Source: Anthoceros angustus
Lineage: Eukaryota > Plantae > Anthocerotophyta
Length of the DNA: 64,000 nt
NCBI GenBank assembly: GCA_010909165.1
Contig: VJWM01000239.1
Coordinates: forward strand, 124,001 to 188,000
Reading direction: 5' to 3'
Part shown: in pieces, positions 59,894 to 64,000 of the stretch
Layout: each line of letters starts with the position of its first letter
Position numbering within the stretch: the stretch's first letter is position 1
The notes under the pieces: model-generated
The model's input: the letters and a program-made list of their open reading frames with translations, nothing else
The model's database searches: none
What the model was told of the DNA's origin: nothing
Program-made: the position numbers and the translations under genes

Positions 59894-62800
59894 ATGGTGG
59901 TCGCGGGATGCGTTTCCTGCAGGCCCTGCCCCAGTTTCTTGTTGCAGGGGAGGAGATTGGAACGCCCCTTCTCGCAGCGGGCGTCATCTAGCAGAATCCA
60001 TGGAAATGCAACTTCCAAGGACTTCTTCCATGGTCGTCTGCACTGTGTTTTACAGTTTGCCTGGACGGGCCGACCAAGGTATTTGAGACGAACCATTGTG
60101 GTAAGGGCCCGAAATGTGGGAGGGGACAGCTCGGCAGACGACGGTAGCCAGCGGCAGGAAGCCTCCAATGGAGGGAGCTCAAGGGAGAAGTATGACAAGG
60201 GGCTCAAGAGTGCGTTTCGAAGAGGTGCTTCTCGGTATTACGAAGAATTTGTCGAGGAAGTGACAGGTGCTCTTGGGGTGGAGCCTGCGTCTGTAAAGGC
60301 TGGGCTTTTGTCGAAATACAGATTTGTGAAGGGCTTTATAGACATCACGTCTGACAGGGCAAGGGAACAGATTCAGGTGCTGCTCAAGGAGGCAAGGAGG
60401 TTCAAGGAGAAGGGTGGGAAGGAATTAAATGAGGCCAGGGCTCGGTATTGGCCCCTGTTTGTGGCTTACAACCGTTGGGATATGTGGAAGGTTAGTAGGG
60501 TGATTGCACCTGTACCAGTTGGTACTCTAAATCCAAAATGCCGACAACTCTCTGTGAGAGTGGCTTCCATATTGTGCCCCAGAAGCGTGTTGAATATTTT
60601 CGCTGTTTGATGCAGAACGTGAAAAAATGGGATGCCCGAAGAGCTGGAACTCTTGTCCTTTATGTGTTGCTTGCCACTGCATCTCTTACAGGAATTTACT
60701 CCGGTGTCACTCGACCACGAGCATCGAAAGGCATGATAAAGACTCTAGCAAATGAGTACATGGAAGCGGTGATACCTGCTCCCACAACGAAGAATATTCA
60801 AAAGTGAGTGCATTTTCTCTTTGAGCCAAAACACGTACACCCTCCCAGCCCCAAGAGTATCCACATCCCAAGTAACAGGAGCATGGAGGGTTCCTGCTTA
60901 TATTCCATCATCCACAGAAAGTCGTTTTCAATCATTTTGTTCTGCGTCGTTGGTCTGCTCTCCCTAGTTGGGTTACCTCTGCAAAGCTCTGTGCAGGGTG
61001 AAGAGAAGTGTCTTCAGAGAAGAAATGCCAGAAGGACTTGAGGTCCACAAATATGCGCTCGGGAAAGATGGAGAATATCATAGGGATCCTTCTTATGTGG
61101 GTGAAAATGCATGGGAGGAGCCTGAAGAGGAGTTACTAGACCTGGACAAGATCATTGATGAAGATGACAGTGGTATGACAGATGAGCAGAAGGCTGAACT
61201 GAAAACGATTGGAGCTAGAGGCAAGGCTCGCAGACTTGCAGAAGAGCAACGCAAGCGAGAAGAATTTATTGCAATTTACGGTGCGCTTTGTTTATCTGAG
61301 GTCATTTTTTGTTCCAATTCAGTGAGGGTGTGGTAAGGTTGCTGTCAAGGACTTAGATGGACATGCGTGTCAGATCAGCTACTGTTGGGACTATTTGCTA
61401 ACAAAACTTTTGCTGACCCCTTTGTATTGCAGGGGAGCAAGCACTGCCCACACCTGAAAGTCAGAAGCAGGAAGAAGAGACATGGTCAAAGAGCACCTGG
61501 CAACAAAGGCTTGACGAGTGGAAAAAGATATTTGCTCAGGAGCAGCTGGAGGAGCTGGCAGACGAAACTACCCGATACCAAGTTCAAGCTTCCATGCCAG
61601 AAGTTCGGCAAAACTACCTTGCGGACCAGTCATTCCGCGCATCCTTGCCTCCACAATTGAAAGCATCATTTTGGGTGGCAAGGAGGTGGTGGAAGTACAG
61701 GCCAAAGCTGCCTTATACATATTTCCTCTCACAAGTGGAAACACTTCAGGTACCCGCTAAAATCAGTTTTCTGTTATATATATATAAAACAGAAATATGT
61801 ATATATATTTTCACATCGAATAGTTGTGTGAGGTGCTGGTCAGCTGTTTGTCCTGCCTGCAATTCCCACTCTCTGAAATGGAACTGGAATTCTGCTTGGC
61901 TGGTTGACCAGAGTGCTGCTTAGAGTTGTGGCATCTGACCAACCTCTTCTCTCCTCAAGGTTGCTTCTGCTGTGTTCAGCACAGATATGCGAAAGCTTTA
62001 TGTGACCATGAAGGAGGGGTTTCCATCCGAATTTGTGGTATGTTCCTAAGTAGGTGTATCCCACGCCATCTGAACACTGTTTTTGTCCACATTGAAAGCC
62101 TTGAATTTTGTTCAGGGAGAAAGTTGAATGATGGACTCAGTCAGATACGCCACGATTTTCAGTGTAATGCCAGGCTGCTGTCTGGGGCCTTGAAGTGACT
62201 ACTTGTCAGGACGTATGGGTTGTGCAGAGTATCTAACGATATCACTTCTTCGCAGGTCGATGTGCCAGTTGATCCATTTTTGTACCCAAAATTGAAAAAC
62301 TGTGGAGTGGAGATTGATATACTGAGCCGCAGTAATTTCTCATTTTTCTTCCGAGCGCTTGTTGCAACACTTCCTGGTGTGCTCATTATCCTATACATTC
62401 GTGCCCTTCAATATCGGGCAAAGGAAAAAATGTCCGAGGAGATCTATGATTTGCTTACCATGAATCGCCGACAGTTGATCCTGGTCCAATATCTTGACCC
62501 TAGTCTCTTCTCTGTGTACCTCACATGACTCCTGATAGCTACTCGAGCTGACTCCATGAATTCTTTGCTCAACTTCAGCCGGAGGTAGCTGCTGACAAGG
62601 CGAAGTCACAATACAAGGATGTTGTTGTTGGAGGGGATGTGTGGGTAGTTCTAGACGAAATTATGACCTACATGCGAGATCCACTGAAGTACCACAGCAA
62701 GGGAGTGAAGCTGCCCAGGGTAAGTTGCTAGCTCGTGTTGTCTCTTATGTTTCATCTGAATAGTGTGAGGTTAAGCAAGCGATGAGGGCCTGCAAGTTTT

Positions 62801-64000
62801 GATGGGTTTATACTCTTGTGCTTTCCATGTTTGGTTGGTGCCAGCCTGAAAGTAAGGAGTTTTTCATGTGATGTACTGAACACAGGGGATCCTCATCAGT
62901 GGACCGCCTGGAACTGGAAAAACATTGCTTGCAAGGGCAATTGCAAGAGAATGTGGGCTCCCCTTCGTGTTTGCATCTGGTGCAGAGTTTGTTGAATCCA
63001 GCTCTGGCAATGGATCGGACAAGGTCTTTGATATTTTCTTCACAGCACGGGCAAATGTATGAAACCTCCCTTTACTCTGCATCTTCGTTTGTGGTCAAGG
63101 CAATTTTCTTATGCACCTGAAGGCTTTGTCCTTGCAGGCACCATCTTTTGTGTTCATTGATGAGATTGATGCTCTTGCGGGAAAGAATGCAAAGGATGAT
63201 GCAGAACGAAGGGCAACTTTCCAGCAGCTGTTGGCTGAACTAGATGGCGAGTGAGTGGGGTCCGGAGACGACAAGCTTGTTGTGCTAGTCTCCTAGCTGG
63301 TGTTTCTCTGTTGGAATGATGGCAAGTTCCAGGTCAGGTCCTGCAGGTGAATACTGATGCTATGGCAATTGCAGGCCAGACGATACAGATGTTGATAGAT
63401 TTTCCCTTCGCCAGGCGGTTATACTCATTGCCGCAACAAATCGACCTGATGAGCTAGATGAACAGCTCACAGTGCCTGGTCGCATTGATCGAGAGATCAC
63501 TATTGGATTACCTGGGGAGGCAGAGCGACTGCAGATATTTGAGGTTCACAGTGAAGGCAAAAGGCTGGCCAAGGATGTTGACTTCTCTAAGGTGACCGTC
63601 CAGCTTGTCTGCCGGTGTCCTTGTTTCAGACGTTCAATTGTTCTCTAAACCTCCTGGTTGAAAGACGACACCTAGTATGCCTTCTGGTTGTGCACTGTGA
63701 TGCTTATTGTTTTTGACTGAAGAGCACTGTGTAAACGTGCTGTATGAATTGATCCCCTTCTGTTTTCATATGTTTCAGATGGTATACAGGACCATAGGGT
63801 ACTCCGGGGCAGACATCAGAAATTTCATCAATGAAGCTGGGATTATGGCGGTAAGTACGTAATTGCACGTTATATCCCTGCAACAGGTTGGGAGCTCGTT
63901 ATTGCAGGCTTAAAATGGCTCCCCTTCACGTTATTGAATTCAGGTCAGAAAGGGACGTACTGAAATCACTCAGGGTGACTTTCTGGAAGTTTTGGACAAG
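59894..64000 (+). CDS. FTSH12: Chloroplast ATP-dependent zinc metalloprotease FtsH12-like, multi-exon, runs off the window end
   Basis: Transit-peptide-like N-terminus, then YMEAVIPAPT, DPSYVGENAWE, RRWWKYRPKLPYTYFL, LYVTMKEGFPSEFVVDVPVDP, Walker A GPPGTGKT (~62900), Walker B FVFIDEID and SRH ATNRPDELD. About 12 GT-AG-bounded exons lie in the window. Confidence 0.92.

Overview
This is eukaryotic nuclear DNA from a compact-intron, non-seed land plant. Introns are about 50-200 bp and a centriolar CEP20/FOR20-like gene is present; a hornwort or lycophyte is an inference. Host genes sit at both ends: AWPM-19-like, AP-1 sigma, SKIP25/KUF1-like F-box/kelch and CEP20-like on the left, and the 5' part of FtsH12 on the right. 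Between them is a ~42 kb transposon block (15.4-57 kb) containing a Ty1/copia element, a GC-rich pol-less repeat family in several orientations, hAT remnants and an unusual Ty3/gypsy retrotransposon. That element has a complete DNMT3-like C5 cytosine methyltransferase domain between protease and RT, and a PHD finger after its DDE integrase. It also has a 13-nt Tf1-like self-priming site instead of a tRNA PBS, and split direct repeats (A...B-A-B) whose ends rejoin into the palindrome CACGACA|TGTCGTG. The repeat layout is what integration of a 2-LTR circle opened at an internal LTR site would produce. The repeat block has many indels and several duplications that may be long-read assembly artefacts, so frameshifts and copy numbers there are uncertain. 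All domain calls are motif recognition by eye; no searches were run.
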